Shown here: in pieces, positions 21,831 to 32,085 of the stretch | Numbering within the stretch: position 1 is the first letter of the stretch | How the letters are laid out: the number at the start of each line of letters is the position of its first letter | Origin: Microbacteriaceae bacterium | Lineage (GTDB): Bacteria; Actinomycetota; Actinomycetes; Actinomycetales; Microbacteriaceae | Assembly (NCBI GenBank): GCA_035565115.1 | Contig: DATMTC010000087.1 | Span: forward strand, 1-56,468 | Reading direction: 5' to 3' | DNA length: 56,468 nt | Translations under genes and position numbers: made by a program | Notes under the pieces: generated by a model | What the model was told of the DNA's origin: nothing | The model's database searches: none | Seen by the model: the letters and a program-made list of their open reading frames with translations, nothing else

Positions 21831-23362
21831 GGTATCGTTCCCTTCCGCAGATACAAGGCGGCTCCGACGTGTTCGGCGCTGGGACGGTCTGCTCCTTCAA
21901 TGTCGGCGATCGTCCAGGCGAGCCGCAGTGTTCTGTCGTATCCGCGCATCGTGATGGTGCCGTGCTCCAAAGCCCGGTCAAGACTCGCGGTCACCGTTCG
22001 CCCGATCCGCTGCGCTGTCTGACGCAGCCAGGGGCCAGACACCTGAGAATTCGTTGTCCACGGTGTCGACTTCAATCGCTCTCGTGCCGCTGCCCGCGCT
22101 TCGACGACTCGTGCACGCGCGTGGCGACTGCTGACCCGGGGTTCGTCCTGCGCCAGCCGCAGCTGCGTTGCCGTCACCCTGCGGAGGGTCAATCTGATGT
22201 CGACCCGATCCATCAGCGGTCCAGACAGCCGGCCGAGATATCGCCTGCGCGCCGACGGTGTGCACGTGCACTCGTTGTCTGAAGATCCGTACTGCCCGCA
22301 TGGGCACGGGTTTGCCGCCATGACGAGTTGAAATCGACCGGGAAAGTGCGCGACACCGTTCGCCCGATGGATGCTGATCCGCCCGGACTCGAGCGGTTGA
22401 CGCAGCACGTCGAGCACGGCGCCGGCGAATTCGGGAGCCTCATCGAGAAACAGCACCCCGTGAGAGGCGCGCACCGCTGCGCCTGGCCGTATCCTGCCGC
22501 TTCCTCCACCGATGATCGCCGCGGCCGTCGCCGTGTGATGGGGTGCCTCCATGGGCGGCCTCGTGACCAATCGTGAGCCGACCGGTCGACCGGACAATGA
22601 ACGGATCGAGGTTGCCTCGAGCGCGGCCTGGCCCTCGAGGTCTGGGAGAACACTCGGCAACCGCTCGGCGAGCATCGTTTTGCCGGCGCCGGGAGGCCCA
22701 AGCAAGAACATGTGGTGACCGCCGGCGGCTGCCACCTGCAGCGCGTTGACGGCGTCGTCATTGCCGATGACGTCGGCCAGGTCGTATTCGATGTCAGGCT
22801 GGTCCGCCACGGGAGGCGCTGACAGCGCGTCAACCGGAATCGGATCGAACGTGCCACCGTGCCAAATGGCTGCGTCGCGCAAGGATGCGATCGGGACTAC
22901 CGTGATTCCGGGCACGAGCGCCGCTTCATCGGCATTGCCTGCAGGAACCATGAGCTTGGTCTTTCCCGCCTGTGCGGCGGCCAGGGCAGACGGCAAGATG
23001 CCTGCCATCGGTCGCAATCGTCCATCCAGACCGAGTTCGCCCAGGTGCACGACGCTTTCAACCGACTGTGCGGAGATGTCGCCAGCCGCAGCCAAGCTGG
23101 CCAGCGCGATCGCAAGGTCGAACCCGGAACCGTGCTTGGGTAAGGCGGCAGGCGACAGGTTGATCGTGAGCTTTCGACCGGTAAGCGGACAGCCGGAGTT
23201 CGACGCGGCTGCACGGACCCGGTCTCTGGCCTCGGCCAACGCGGCATCAGGCAACCCGATCAGAACGATGGATGGCAGGTTGCTCGAGATGTCAGCCTCG
23301 ACCTCGATCACCGAGCCGGACAAGCCCATCAGCGCAACCGAGTATGTGCGTGCCAACGTCAT
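21827..23362 (-). CDS. comM: YifB/ComM family Mg-chelatase-like AAA+ ATPase
   Basis: GLPDAALAEARDRV, KHGSGFDLAIA, Walker A GPPGAGKT, LFLDEAPEF, NPCPCG. Start set at ATG 23362, coupled to the yraN stop. Confidence 0.92.
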   Translation of the reverse strand: MTLARTYSVALMGLSGSVIEVEADISSNLPSIVLIGLPDAALAEARDRVRAAASNSGCPLTGRKLTINLSPAALPKHGSGFDLAIALASLAAAGDISAQSVESVVHLGELGLDGRLRPMAGILPSALAAAQAGKTKLMVPAGNADEAALVPGITVVPIASLRDAAIWHGGTFDPIPVDALSAPPVADQPDIEYDLADVIGNDDAVNALQVAAAGGHHMFLLGPPGAGKTMLAERLPSVLPDLEGQAALEATSIRSLSGRPVGSRLVTRPPMEAPHHTATAAAIIGGGSGRIRPGAAVRASHGVLFLDEAPEFAGAVLDVLRQPLESGRISIHRANGVAHFPGRFQLVMAANPCPCGQYGSSDNECTCTPSARRRYLGRLSGPLMDRVDIRLTLRRVTATQLRLAQDEPRVSSRHARARVVEARAAARERLKSTPWTTNSQVSGPWLRQTAQRIGRTVTASLDRALEHGTITMRGYDRTLRLAWTIADIEGADRPSAEHVGAALYLRKGTIP

Positions 23363-23715
23363 CAGCCGACACCCGCCAGGTGTTCGATGACCACATCGTC
23401 GTCGGTTCCGATCACGGCAACCGCGTCGAGCCGCACGCGATTCACCTGCCGGTCGGCCTGCGCGCACCACGACGCCGCCAGTCGTTTCAGCCTGGCAAGC
23501 TTGATGGGCGTGATCGCCTCGAACGGATGACCGTACGCGAGCGTGCTTCTTGTCTTGACCTCGACGAAGACGGTCTCGTTTCCGCGCTGCACGATGACGT
23601 CGATCTCACCCTGAGCGCATCGCCAGTTGCGATCGATCAGCCGGTAGCCGCGCTCTTGCAGGTACAGCACGGCGCGGTCTTCACCGCTTTTACCGAGCGT
23701 GTCTTTCGCTGCCAT
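23362..23715 (-). CDS. yraN: YraN family nuclease (UPF0102)
   Basis: LGKSGEDRA, RNWRC..GEID, FVEVKTR, RLDAV. Confidence 0.93.
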   Translation of the reverse strand: MAAKDTLGKSGEDRAVLYLQERGYRLIDRNWRCAQGEIDVIVQRGNETVFVEVKTRSTLAYGHPFEAITPIKLARLKRLAASWCAQADRQVNRVRLDAVAVIGTDDDVVIEHLAGVG

Positions 23716-23840
23716 GATGGCCTCCCGCAATCGAGAGTGCCGCATGGCGCCGCCCGGTGAACACCGGATTGGGCCAAATGTGAATGGCTGCGCGCATTGT
23801 CACCCCGTTAGGGGCAGGTGCGGCCTGGTGAAGAGGGGCC

Positions 23841-24164
23841 CTATTCGTCGAGCGCGAGTTCTTTCGGAAGCTCGAATTCCTTGCTCGAGAGTTCTTCGAT
23901 GTTGACGTCTTTGAACGTCAGAACGCGCACCGATTTCACGAATCGATCCGACCGGTAGACGTCCCACACCCACACGTCGGTCATGGTCAATTCGAAGTAG
24001 AAATCGTGCTCGGTGTCTCGGCGCGCGAACTCGACCTCGTTCGCCAGATAGAACCGACGCTCGGTCTCGATCACGTACTTGAACTGGCCGACCACATCAC
24101 GGTACTCACGGTAGAGCGCCAGCTCGACCTCACGGTCATAGTCGTCGAACTCGTCTTCATCCAT
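23841..24164 (-). CDS. DUF2469 family protein
   Basis: ELALYREYRDVV, ETERRFYLAN, DVWVWDVYR; found after rnhB in Actinobacteria. Confidence 0.9.
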   Translation of the reverse strand: MDEDEFDDYDREVELALYREYRDVVGQFKYVIETERRFYLANEVEFARRDTEHDFYFELTMTDVWVWDVYRSDRFVKSVRVLTFKDVNIEELSSKEFELPKELALDE

Positions 24165-24171
24165 TGTGCTC

Positions 24172-24819
24172 TCAGTCTACGCCGTGAGGCTTCAGCCAGG
24201 TGAGCCGGTGGAACTCGCTCGGGCCCACCTCGTCGATCGCGGCGAAGTGTGCGGCGCTACCGTATCCCTTGTTCGCCGCCCAGCCGTACGCAGGAACCCT
24301 GCCGTGCAGATCGATCATCAATCGGTCCCTGTGCACCTTCGCAATCACGGATGCTGCTGACACCGACGCGCAGGTCTGATCTGCCTTGATCCTGGTCACG
24401 ATCGTGGGTCTATCGGCAAGCGCCGGCGACAGGTAATCGTGGTTGCCGTCCAGCACGAGTGTTGCTGCCATGATCGGCGCACCGGACTCGCGAAGGGCCG
24501 CCAGCGCACGCTTTCCGGCAAGGCCGAGGCTTGCAATGATGCCAAGACGATCGACCTCGAGCGCTGATGCCAGCCCGACGGCCGAATGGATCGCCCACTC
24601 GGCGCACACCGGTGCAAGCGCCTCACGTTTGGGTTCGCTCAGCAACTTCGAATCGCGCAGGCCGTCCGGGAATGCCCCGACCGAGGCATCCACAACGACC
24701 ATGCCAACGGCCACGGGGCCCGCGATCGCTCCACGCCCGACCTCATCGCAGCCGATCACGTACTGCGCTCCACCTTCGTGAAGCTCGCGTTCGAAGGATG
24801 AAGTCGGTTCGACGATCAC
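24172..24819 (-). CDS. rnhB: Ribonuclease HII
   Basis: GCDEVGRGAIAGPV, DSKLL, DGN, SAASVIAKV.RD, NKGYG. Confidence 0.96.
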   Translation of the reverse strand: MIVEPTSSFERELHEGGAQYVIGCDEVGRGAIAGPVAVGMVVVDASVGAFPDGLRDSKLLSEPKREALAPVCAEWAIHSAVGLASALEVDRLGIIASLGLAGKRALAALRESGAPIMAATLVLDGNHDYLSPALADRPTIVTRIKADQTCASVSAASVIAKVHRDRLMIDLHGRVPAYGWAANKGYGSAAHFAAIDEVGPSEFHRLTWLKPHGVD

Positions 24820-25559
24820 TTGCCCGCGCCCTCAACTCCTCGGAATACCTGGGGGTAGTTGTCCAAATAGCCCCACCTGCTGAACGGCCAGCTGATCAGA
24901 ACCGCGCGGCCGACGACGTTCTTCTCCGGCACGAAACCCTTGCCTGGAAGGCCCTGGTTCAGGCTAGAGTCCTGCGAATCCCAGCGGTTGTCGCCGAGCA
25001 CCCACATGTCACCCTTCGGCACCGTCACGTCGAAAGGATGCGATGCGTTCGACTGCCCTGACGGAAGTTTGATGTATGGCTCTTTCAGCGGCACGCCATT
25101 GACGCTGATCTGCCCAAGCGCATTGCAGCACGTGACATGGTCGCCGGGCAGACCGATCACCCGCTTGATGAGGTGGTCGTCGCTGTCCGGAGCGGACAAT
25201 CCGACAACAGACAACGCCCAGTCGATCCCGGCGGCAACCGGGTTCTGCTTCTTGGGAGTCGTCGGCGGCAGCCATCCGCCAGGATCGGTGAACACGACAA
25301 CGTCGCCGTGCGAGATCGGCATCAGATTCGGCTCGAGTTCGTTCACGATGATGCGGTCGTTGATCAGCAGCGTGTTCTCCATCGACCCTGATGGGATGTA
25401 GAACGACCGAACCAGGAACGTCTTGATCAAGAACGAGACCAGGACGGCCACGACGAAGATGATCAGGATGTCGCGGATGAAGAGTTTGACGCTTCGCTGC
25501 CGCCTACGCTTGTCCGACGCCACGCGGTCGGACCGAGTTGGCACAGTTTCGTCTGTCAT
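24816..25559 (-). CDS. lepB: Signal peptidase I
   Basis: IPSGSMENTL, DRI, IKRVIGLPGD, GDNR..S.DS. Confidence 0.96.
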   Translation of the reverse strand: MTDETVPTRSDRVASDKRRRQRSVKLFIRDILIIFVVAVLVSFLIKTFLVRSFYIPSGSMENTLLINDRIIVNELEPNLMPISHGDVVVFTDPGGWLPPTTPKKQNPVAAGIDWALSVVGLSAPDSDDHLIKRVIGLPGDHVTCCNALGQISVNGVPLKEPYIKLPSGQSNASHPFDVTVPKGDMWVLGDNRWDSQDSSLNQGLPGKGFVPEKNVVGRAVLISWPFSRWGYLDNYPQVFRGVEGAGK

Positions 25560-25566
25560 TTAACCG

Positions 25567-25606
25567 CCTGAGCTCCCGGACCAGTTTAGGGGATCGGGAG
25601 CTCAGG
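25567..25606 (-). terminator. Hairpin after rplS, probable terminator; its loop contains a candidate lepB -10 (TAAACT)
   Basis: Perfect 12-bp stem cctgagctcccg/cgggagctcagg. Confidence 0.6.
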
Positions 25607-25623
25607 TTTGAACGATTGCGAAT

Positions 25624-25971
25624 TTACGCGTCGCGCTTTTCTTTGATCTTGGCCTTTTTGCCGCGCAATTCGCGCAGGTAGTACAGCTTGGCGCGGCGCA
25701 CGTCACCGCGCGTCACAACTTCGATGTGGTCGATCACGGGCGAGTGCACGGGGAACGTGCGCTCGACGCCGACCTGGAAGCTCACCTTTCGAACGGTGAA
25801 CGTCTCGCGCACACCTTCGCCGCTGCGTCCGATGACGACACCCTGGAAGACCTGAATACGGCTGCGGGTGCCTTCGACGATGTTCACGTGCACCTTGACG
25901 GTGTCTCCGGCACGGAAGGCCGGGATGTCGCTACGCAGCGATGCTGCGTCGACGTGATCGAGAATGTGCAT
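25624..25971 (-). CDS. rplS: 50S ribosomal protein L19
   Basis: [44 protein letters not shown] 25971 follows an AGGAAG RBS. Confidence 0.99.
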   Translation of the reverse strand: MHILDHVDAASLRSDIPAFRAGDTVKVHVNIVEGTRSRIQVFQGVVIGRSGEGVRETFTVRKVSFQVGVERTFPVHSPVIDHIEVVTRGDVRRAKLYYLRELRGKKAKIKEKRDA

Positions 25972-26112
25972 GGTGATTCGCTTCCTGCATCCGCCACCGG
26001 TCGAATGCTCTCTCGTGCCCTGTCGTGCGATGCACGCTGGGCGAAATGTCAAATGGGATGTGTCCGATACGTGATGCTGGCTCCCCTGTGGCAGAGCCTG
26101 GCCGCGGCACAA
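25972..26112 (-). promoter_or_regulatory. Structured rplS leader, candidate r-protein leader
   Basis: CATAAT -10 at 26119-26124. Two hairpins have complementary loops (gccacagg / ccgguggc). Confidence 0.45.
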
Positions 26113-26154
26113 TCGACAATTATGTCATGGAAGTATGCCGCGCACCAAAGCGGC

Positions 26155-26676
26155 CTACGCGTGTGCGGGCCCGCGCCCGTCGGTGCCGGACTCCCGAATG
26201 ATGATCACGTCACCGTCTTGCGAGAACGTGCCTTGCGGTCCGCGCGGCGCCTGCGGTTGCGCTGCCGCTTGGGCATTGGCGTCAATGGATGCGAACGCGG
26301 ATGCGACGCGCGCACGCGTCTCGGTGACAAGCTCCCAGAGCACGATCCAGAATGCGGCGATCGCCACCACGATCGCTCCGACACCGAACCAGTTTGCGCC
26401 AGCCCCGTAGAAGCCGACGCCGATGATGCTCAGATGCCACAGTGCGAGCAATCCGACGTCGATCCACGACACTGCGCGCGAGCTTCGCACGCTCTTGCGC
26501 GCATAGATCAGCATGGCGATGGCCAGAAGCGCAACGAACGCGATCGGGCACACGAGCAGAAGCCCGAGGAGCCCCCATCCGCTGCCGCCGAACACTCCCC
26601 AGCCGACCAGTAACCAGACGGGAAGCGCGAGCGCGGCGATGAACTGCCAGTAGTAAAAGGCGCGACGCACGAACAT
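26155..26676 (-). CDS. Hypothetical integral membrane protein
   Basis: 173 aa with about 4 hydrophobic helices; co-oriented 9 bp after trmD. Confidence 0.75.
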   Translation of the reverse strand: MFVRRAFYYWQFIAALALPVWLLVGWGVFGGSGWGLLGLLLVCPIAFVALLAIAMLIYARKSVRSSRAVSWIDVGLLALWHLSIIGVGFYGAGANWFGVGAIVVAIAAFWIVLWELVTETRARVASAFASIDANAQAAAQPQAPRGPQGTFSQDGDVIIIRESGTDGRGPAHA

Positions 26677-26685
26677 GGCTTCAGA

Positions 26686-27417
26686 TTAGGCGCGCTCGAT
26701 GGGATTCGCCTGGTCGTTCGCTGGCGGCGCAAGATCGGGGCGAACCCGCCTCGTGCGCTCAAGCTGTTGCTCACGCCGCCACGCCGCGATGGCGCCGTGA
26801 TTGCCGCTGAGCAGAACGGGTGGAACCTCCCTGCCGCGCCAGAGCGCCGGTTTCGTATAGCTCGGGTATTCCAGCAGCCCGTCCTCGTGCGATTCCTCGA
26901 TCAGGCTTTCCGGGTTGCCGACCACACCCGGGATGAGGCGGCCGAGTGCCTCGATCATGGCCATCACGGCAACCTCTCCCCCGTTGAGCACGTAGTCTCC
27001 GATGCTGACAAGCCGCACCCGAACCCGCGACGCCGTCTCGTCGAACACGCGCTGGTCGATGCCTTCGTACCGACCGCATCCGAACACGAGGTGCTGTTCG
27101 GCAGCGAACGCGCGCGCTGTCGCCTGGGTGAATACTTCACCGGCAGGCGACGGGAAGATCACAAGCGGGTCATCGCCGTGCTCTGCGGACGATCCGAGGA
27201 TGCCATCAAGCGCCTCACCCCACGGCTCCGGCTTCATTACCATGCCTGCGCCGCCGCCATATGGCGTGTCGTCGACCGTGCGATGCCTGTCGTGGGCAAA
27301 ATCGCGCAGATCGTGCACGCCCAGCTCGATCAGGCCGGATTGACGGGCCTTGCCGAGCAGGGATATGTCAAGCACGTCGAAGAAGTCGGGAAAGATCGTG
27401 ACGATGTCGATGCGCAT
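26686..27417 (-). CDS. trmD: tRNA (guanine37-N1)-methyltransferase
   Basis: [51 protein letters not shown]. Confidence 0.98.
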   Translation of the reverse strand: MRIDIVTIFPDFFDVLDISLLGKARQSGLIELGVHDLRDFAHDRHRTVDDTPYGGGAGMVMKPEPWGEALDGILGSSAEHGDDPLVIFPSPAGEVFTQATARAFAAEQHLVFGCGRYEGIDQRVFDETASRVRVRLVSIGDYVLNGGEVAVMAMIEALGRLIPGVVGNPESLIEESHEDGLLEYPSYTKPALWRGREVPPVLLSGNHGAIAAWRREQQLERTRRVRPDLAPPANDQANPIERA

Positions 27418-27457
27418 GCGCTCGAGTCTATGGCGCACGCATTCGCTGATCGCAGTG

Positions 27458-28225
27458 CTATACCGCGCGTGCTACTCGATAACGTTCCACGACAAGGTCG
27501 ACCAGTTGCCCAGGTGGTCTGCTGCCAGCGATCAGCAAGGGCTCGCTCGTGACGTCACCGCCTGCTGCCGCGGCAAGATCGGCGAAGTACCCAGGCGCAA
27601 GCACATAACTGCCAACGACGACCCGTCGCCCTGGATGCAACTGCCGCGCCGTCTCGATCGCGCCATCCAGACGCGGAACCGCCGCTGACAGAAACCCGAC
27701 GGTGACCGGCCTGCCAAGTAGCGCCCCGAGCCGCCTGCCCATCTCCAAGCAGTCGCGCACCGCCCGATGATCGCTGGAGCCGGCAGCCGCCAGCACGATC
27801 GAATCGCCGGGAGCGAGTCCGGCTGCTGCAAGTCGTGACGCGAGAATCTGCACGAGGGCATCGTCAGGCCCGAGGGCCTTGGCGAGCTGAACGGATTCGC
27901 TGGCTCTGCCATGCAGACTTCGCGCGATGTCGACGTGTACGTGGTAACCAGCAGACAGCAGCAGCGGCACGACGACGCTCTGCGCTGAACCACCGATCGC
28001 ATCCAGACCGGTGTCAAGATCAGGCTGTTGAACGTCGACGAAGCTCGATGACACGTGCACGCTCGGAAGAGCGGATGCGACGGCGGCAACCAGCCCAGCG
28101 ATGGCTTCGCGTCCGTCGGCCGAGTTTGTACCGTGCGAGACAGCAAGAAGCGACGGCCGCAGCGCGTGCCTGCCCGGTGGTTGCGCATCCGGTCGTGCCG
28201 CATCCGTTCGCAGTTGCACGCTCAC
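27458..28225 (-). CDS. Sirohydrochlorin chelatase (CbiX/SirB family)
   Basis: [37 protein letters not shown] overlap with nirD. Confidence 0.88.
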   Translation of the reverse strand: MSVQLRTDAARPDAQPPGRHALRPSLLAVSHGTNSADGREAIAGLVAAVASALPSVHVSSSFVDVQQPDLDTGLDAIGGSAQSVVVPLLLSAGYHVHVDIARSLHGRASESVQLAKALGPDDALVQILASRLAAAGLAPGDSIVLAAAGSSDHRAVRDCLEMGRRLGALLGRPVTVGFLSAAVPRLDGAIETARQLHPGRRVVVGSYVLAPGYFADLAAAAGGDVTSEPLLIAGSRPPGQLVDLVVERYRVARAV

Positions 28226-28578
28226 GCAGGCACCTCGACCTCGATGAATCCGCCGACGACGCGCGTGCGGAAGGTCCGCAGAAACAGCGTCGGATCGGTG
28301 AAGCACTCCCCCGTCGCAAGGTCGTACACCTCTTTGTGCAACGGAGAAGCAACGGTGGGCCGTTCGCCTTTCGAGCCGAGGATGCCGCGGGCCATGACGG
28401 GCGAACTCGTGCGGGGATCCATGTGATCGGTCGCATAGATTTCGTCTTCTGACACAAGGAACAGTGCGATCTGGCGGCTGTGCACGAGCGCAGCCTCACC
28501 CCACGAGGGTTCGAGATCATCGACCCTGCAGGTGCGCTCCCATGTGCCTGTGTCCTTCATCGTCATGGTCATCGTCAT
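28222..28578 (-). CDS. nirD: Nitrite reductase small subunit (Rieske-like)
   Basis: QIALF, DP...SPVMARGILG, VASPLHKEVYDLATGEC. GAAAGG RBS. Confidence 0.93.
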   Translation of the reverse strand: MTMTMTMKDTGTWERTCRVDDLEPSWGEAALVHSRQIALFLVSEDEIYATDHMDPRTSSPVMARGILGSKGERPTVASPLHKEVYDLATGECFTDPTLFLRTFRTRVVGGFIEVEVPA

Positions 28579-28625
28579 GGTCAGAACCTTTCGTCTGTCG
28601 CGTGCTGCCACGCTACGTTCGGCAT

Positions 28626-28762
28626 GTTTCGGCCACCCGACCGCGCGTGTTTCGAACCCGTGAAGACGACCTCACACCGTCGGCTGCACCGCGTTGGGCG
28701 GCGTTAACGTCCGGATACACCGGCGAAACGACCCCGAAACCCCACCTTTCTAGGCTGAGCGC
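28626..28762. promoter_or_regulatory. Divergent nirD/nirB promoter with GlnR-box-like half sites
   Basis: Plus strand: GATAC-n6-GAAAC-n6-GAAAC (28714-28740), then TAGGCT -10 6 nt before the nirB ATG. Minus strand: TTCAC-n6-GAAAC (28649-28664). A CTCACA half-site lies at 28671. Confidence 0.7.
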
Positions 28763-31303
28763 ATGATCGAGGCAGAGCACATGCAGGCAGAGCACATCGA
28801 GCCTGAGCGAACGCAACGCACCGTCGTCGTCATCGGGGCAGGGCCGGCGGCGCACCGTCTGGGCGACGCCATCGCCGCACGCGACGACGCAGCGACACTG
28901 CGGCTCATCGTGCTCGGCGAGGAGCCTCACCTGCCATACGATCGCGTCGCACTCAGTCGGCGGCTGCGCGATGCTGACGAATCTGGCAACGCGGAAGATC
29001 TGACCCTGCAGCCGCGGGCGATCTGGGACAGTGAGCATATCCAGTTGCGCACCGGGGAACGCGCAGTCGCCATCGATCCACAGGCCAGCACGGTGACCAC
29101 GTCAACCGGAGAGGTGTTGCACTACGACGACGCTGTGCTTGCCACAGGGTCGAGTGCGCCCGTCCCGGAGATCCCAGGCAGCGAGCACGCCAGGGTGTAT
29201 CGCACGATCGATGACGTCGACGGCCTTGTCGCCGACCTGGCACGGATGCGCGCACGCCTGGGCCGCGCGCCCAGGGTGGTCGTGGCGGGCGGCGGGCTTC
29301 TCGGCCTCGAAGCTGCAGGCGGGCTGCAGCGACTGGGAGCCGATGTCGGCGTCGTGCATTCGGGGTCGTGGCTGATGTCTGCCCAACTCGACGAAGGCGC
29401 AGGGCAAGCACTCGGCCGGCTGATCGCAGCGCAGGGCATCGCCCTCCACCTCGGCACCCGGCCGCGCGAGATCATCGCCCGTGACGGCGTGGTCACCAGC
29501 GTGAAATTCAGCAACGGACAGTCGGCCGACGCCGATCTTGTGATCTTCGCCATCGGCATCCGAGCCAGGGACGAACTCGCTCGCGACGCAGGCCTCGCGA
29601 TCGGCGAACGCGGCGGTGTCGTCGTCGGTGACGACTGCCGCACCTCGGATGCGCACATCTGGGCGATCGGCGAGGTGGCGTGCGTGCACGGCAGTTGCGT
29701 GGGACTCGTCGCACCTGCGAACGCGATGGCCGAGGTCGTCGCGGATCGGCTGTTGGGCGGAGCAGCCGAGTTCAGCACCATCGACGACGCGACAAAGCTC
29801 AAACTCTCCGGCGTCGACGTGGCCAGTTTCGGCGACGCACTCGCGGCAGAAGACGGTGCGCTCGAGATCGTCTACGCCGATCCAGCACGCGGTCTCTACC
29901 AGAAGCTTGTGGTCACCGACGATGCACAGACCCTGCTCGGCGGAATCTTCGTCGGCGACATCACGCCATACGCGACACTGCAGCCCATGGTCGGCCGCGG
30001 ACTCTCAGCAGAACCTGCGGCCTACCTGTCAGCGGCGGGCGCCGAGGCCCCCGCCGGCGACGAGCTGCCTGATGACGCACTTGTCTGCTCGTGCAACAAC
30101 GTGGCAGCAGGCACCATCCGGTCGACCGTTCACGGTGCAGACGGAACGGATGCGTGCACCGATCTGGGCGAATTGAAGGCGTGCACCAGGGCGGGCACCC
30201 AGTGCGGCTCGTGCGTTCCACTCGTGAAGAAGCTGCTCGAATCGGAGCTGGCGAAGGCCGGCGTCGCTGTCTCGAACGCGCTGTGCGAGCATTTTCCGCT
30301 GTCCCGCCGTGAGCTGTTCGAGTCGGTTCGGGTGCTCGAGCTCACAAGCTTCGACGAGATCATCGTCCGGTTCGGCAACGGCCGAGGCTGCGACATCTGC
30401 AAGCCGGCCGTCGCATCCATTCTCGCCAGCCAGAACGTCGGTCACATTTTGGATGCCGGTCGTGGCACACTGCAGGACACGAACGACCGTGCCATGGCGA
30501 ACATGCAGAAAGACGGCACATATTCGGTCGTGCCGCGCATTCCGGGTGGCGAGATCACGCCGCAGAAACTCGCTGTGATCGCCAAGGTGGCTACCGATTA
30601 CGGCCTGTACACGAAGATCACCGGCGGGCAGCGCATCGACATGTTCGGCGCGCGCCTCGAGCAGCTTCCCGCAATCTGGACCCGCCTGGTCGACGCTGGC
30701 TTCGAGTCCGGCCAGGCGTATGGCAAGGCGCTGCGCAACGTGAAGAGTTGCGTCGGCTCGACCTGGTGCCGGTTCGGCGTGCAGGACTCGGTCGGCATGG
30801 CCATCCAGCTCGAGCTGCGCTATCGCGGTCTGCGGTCGCCTCACAAACTGAAGATCGGGGTCTCGGGCTGCGCGCGCGAATGTGCAGAGGCGCGGGGCAA
30901 AGACGTCGGTGTGATCGCGACGGAGGCAGGCTGGAACCTGTACGTCGGCGGCAACGGCGGCTTCCAGCCCGCGCACGCCCAGCTGCTGGCAAGCGACCTG
31001 GACGATGCGACCTTGCTGGCATACATCGACCGCTACCTCATGTATTACATCCGCACGGCGGACAGGATGCAGCGCACGGCACGCTGGATCGAGGAGATCG
31101 ACGGCGGACTCGACCATGTGCGCAGCGTCGTCGTCGACGACAGTCTCGGGCTCGCGGCGGAATTGGAGGCTGCCATGGCCACCCACATCGACACGTACCA
31201 GGACGAGTGGGCCGCGACGCTCGCCGACCCCGAGAGGCTGCGCCATTTTCGCGCGTTCGTCAACGCGCCCGACGATGGTGCACAGTTCGGGGCAGGCGAA
31301 TGA
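28763..31303 (+). CDS. nirB: NAD(P)H-dependent assimilatory nitrite reductase large subunit
   Basis: FAD/NAD domains (GGGLLGLEAA), BFD-like CSCNNV...CGSC and CEHF...GCDICKP, siroheme/4Fe-4S ligands KSCVGSTWC and SGCARECAE. Confidence 0.96.
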   Translation: MIEAEHMQAEHIEPERTQRTVVVIGAGPAAHRLGDAIAARDDAATLRLIVLGEEPHLPYDRVALSRRLRDADESGNAEDLTLQPRAIWDSEHIQLRTGERAVAIDPQASTVTTSTGEVLHYDDAVLATGSSAPVPEIPGSEHARVYRTIDDVDGLVADLARMRARLGRAPRVVVAGGGLLGLEAAGGLQRLGADVGVVHSGSWLMSAQLDEGAGQALGRLIAAQGIALHLGTRPREIIARDGVVTSVKFSNGQSADADLVIFAIGIRARDELARDAGLAIGERGGVVVGDDCRTSDAHIWAIGEVACVHGSCVGLVAPANAMAEVVADRLLGGAAEFSTIDDATKLKLSGVDVASFGDALAAEDGALEIVYADPARGLYQKLVVTDDAQTLLGGIFVGDITPYATLQPMVGRGLSAEPAAYLSAAGAEAPAGDELPDDALVCSCNNVAAGTIRSTVHGADGTDACTDLGELKACTRAGTQCGSCVPLVKKLLESELAKAGVAVSNALCEHFPLSRRELFESVRVLELTSFDEIIVRFGNGRGCDICKPAVASILASQNVGHILDAGRGTLQDTNDRAMANMQKDGTYSVVPRIPGGEITPQKLAVIAKVATDYGLYTKITGGQRIDMFGARLEQLPAIWTRLVDAGFESGQAYGKALRNVKSCVGSTWCRFGVQDSVGMAIQLELRYRGLRSPHKLKIGVSGCARECAEARGKDVGVIATEAGWNLYVGGNGGFQPAHAQLLASDLDDATLLAYIDRYLMYYIRTADRMQRTARWIEEIDGGLDHVRSVVVDDSLGLAAELEAAMATHIDTYQDEWAATLADPERLRHFRAFVNAPDDGAQFGAGE

Positions 31304-32085
31304 GTCGGCCGGCCGGCGTCGGGCGCGTCTACCTGGTCGGCGGAGGTCCCGGCCGGATCGAACTGCTCACGGTCGCGGCCGTTCGCGCACTGCGAATCGC
31401 GGATGTCGTCATGTTCGACCGCCTGGCACCGCGTGAGGAACTCGCCGAACTGGCACCGAACGCGGTGCTCGTCGATGTCGGGAAGATGCCTGGCAGACAT
31501 CCGGTCGACCAGGGCGAGATCAGCCGGATGCTGGTGCAACACGCGCAGGGTGGCGCGACAGTCGTACGTCTGAAGGGCGGTGACCCGTACGTGTTCGGAC
31601 GCGGAGGCGAAGAGGTGCTCGAGTGCCGACAGGCGGGCATCCCTGTCACGGTGATCCCAGGAGTCTCCAGCGCTATCTCCGTGCCGGCCGCGGCTGGCAT
31701 CCCGCTGACGCAGCGCGGCATGAGCCATCTGTTCACGGTTGTGTCAGGTCATGCTCCCCTGACCGATGCTGAGCACGAGCACCTTGCAGGACTCGGCGGA
31801 ACGATCGTCGTGCTGATGGGCGTCGGAACGCTGCCGACGCTGTGCGCTGGGCTTCTGCGCTGCGGGATGCCGGCGCACACTCCCGTCGCGATCGTCGAAC
31901 GCGGATACGGCGACGGGCAGCGCACCACGATCGGAGTGCTTGGGAGTATAACGACGGAGGCGGCACGAGCCGCAGTGACCTCGCCTGCCGTGATCGTCGT
32001 CGGAGCCGTGGTCACGCTCGCTCACGACGGCGATCACGATGCGTGGGCGACGCTGCGGCGTGCAGGAGACCTGGCGGCGATGTGA
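31300..32085 (+). CDS. cobA: Uroporphyrinogen-III C-methyltransferase
   Basis: VYLVGGGPG, VVRLKGGDPYVFGRGGEE, IPGVSSA. ATGA overlap with nirB. Confidence 0.94.
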   Translation: MSRPAGVGRVYLVGGGPGRIELLTVAAVRALRIADVVMFDRLAPREELAELAPNAVLVDVGKMPGRHPVDQGEISRMLVQHAQGGATVVRLKGGDPYVFGRGGEEVLECRQAGIPVTVIPGVSSAISVPAAAGIPLTQRGMSHLFTVVSGHAPLTDAEHEHLAGLGGTIVVLMGVGTLPTLCAGLLRCGMPAHTPVAIVERGYGDGQRTTIGVLGSITTEAARAAVTSPAVIVVGAVVTLAHDGDHDAWATLRRAGDLAAM

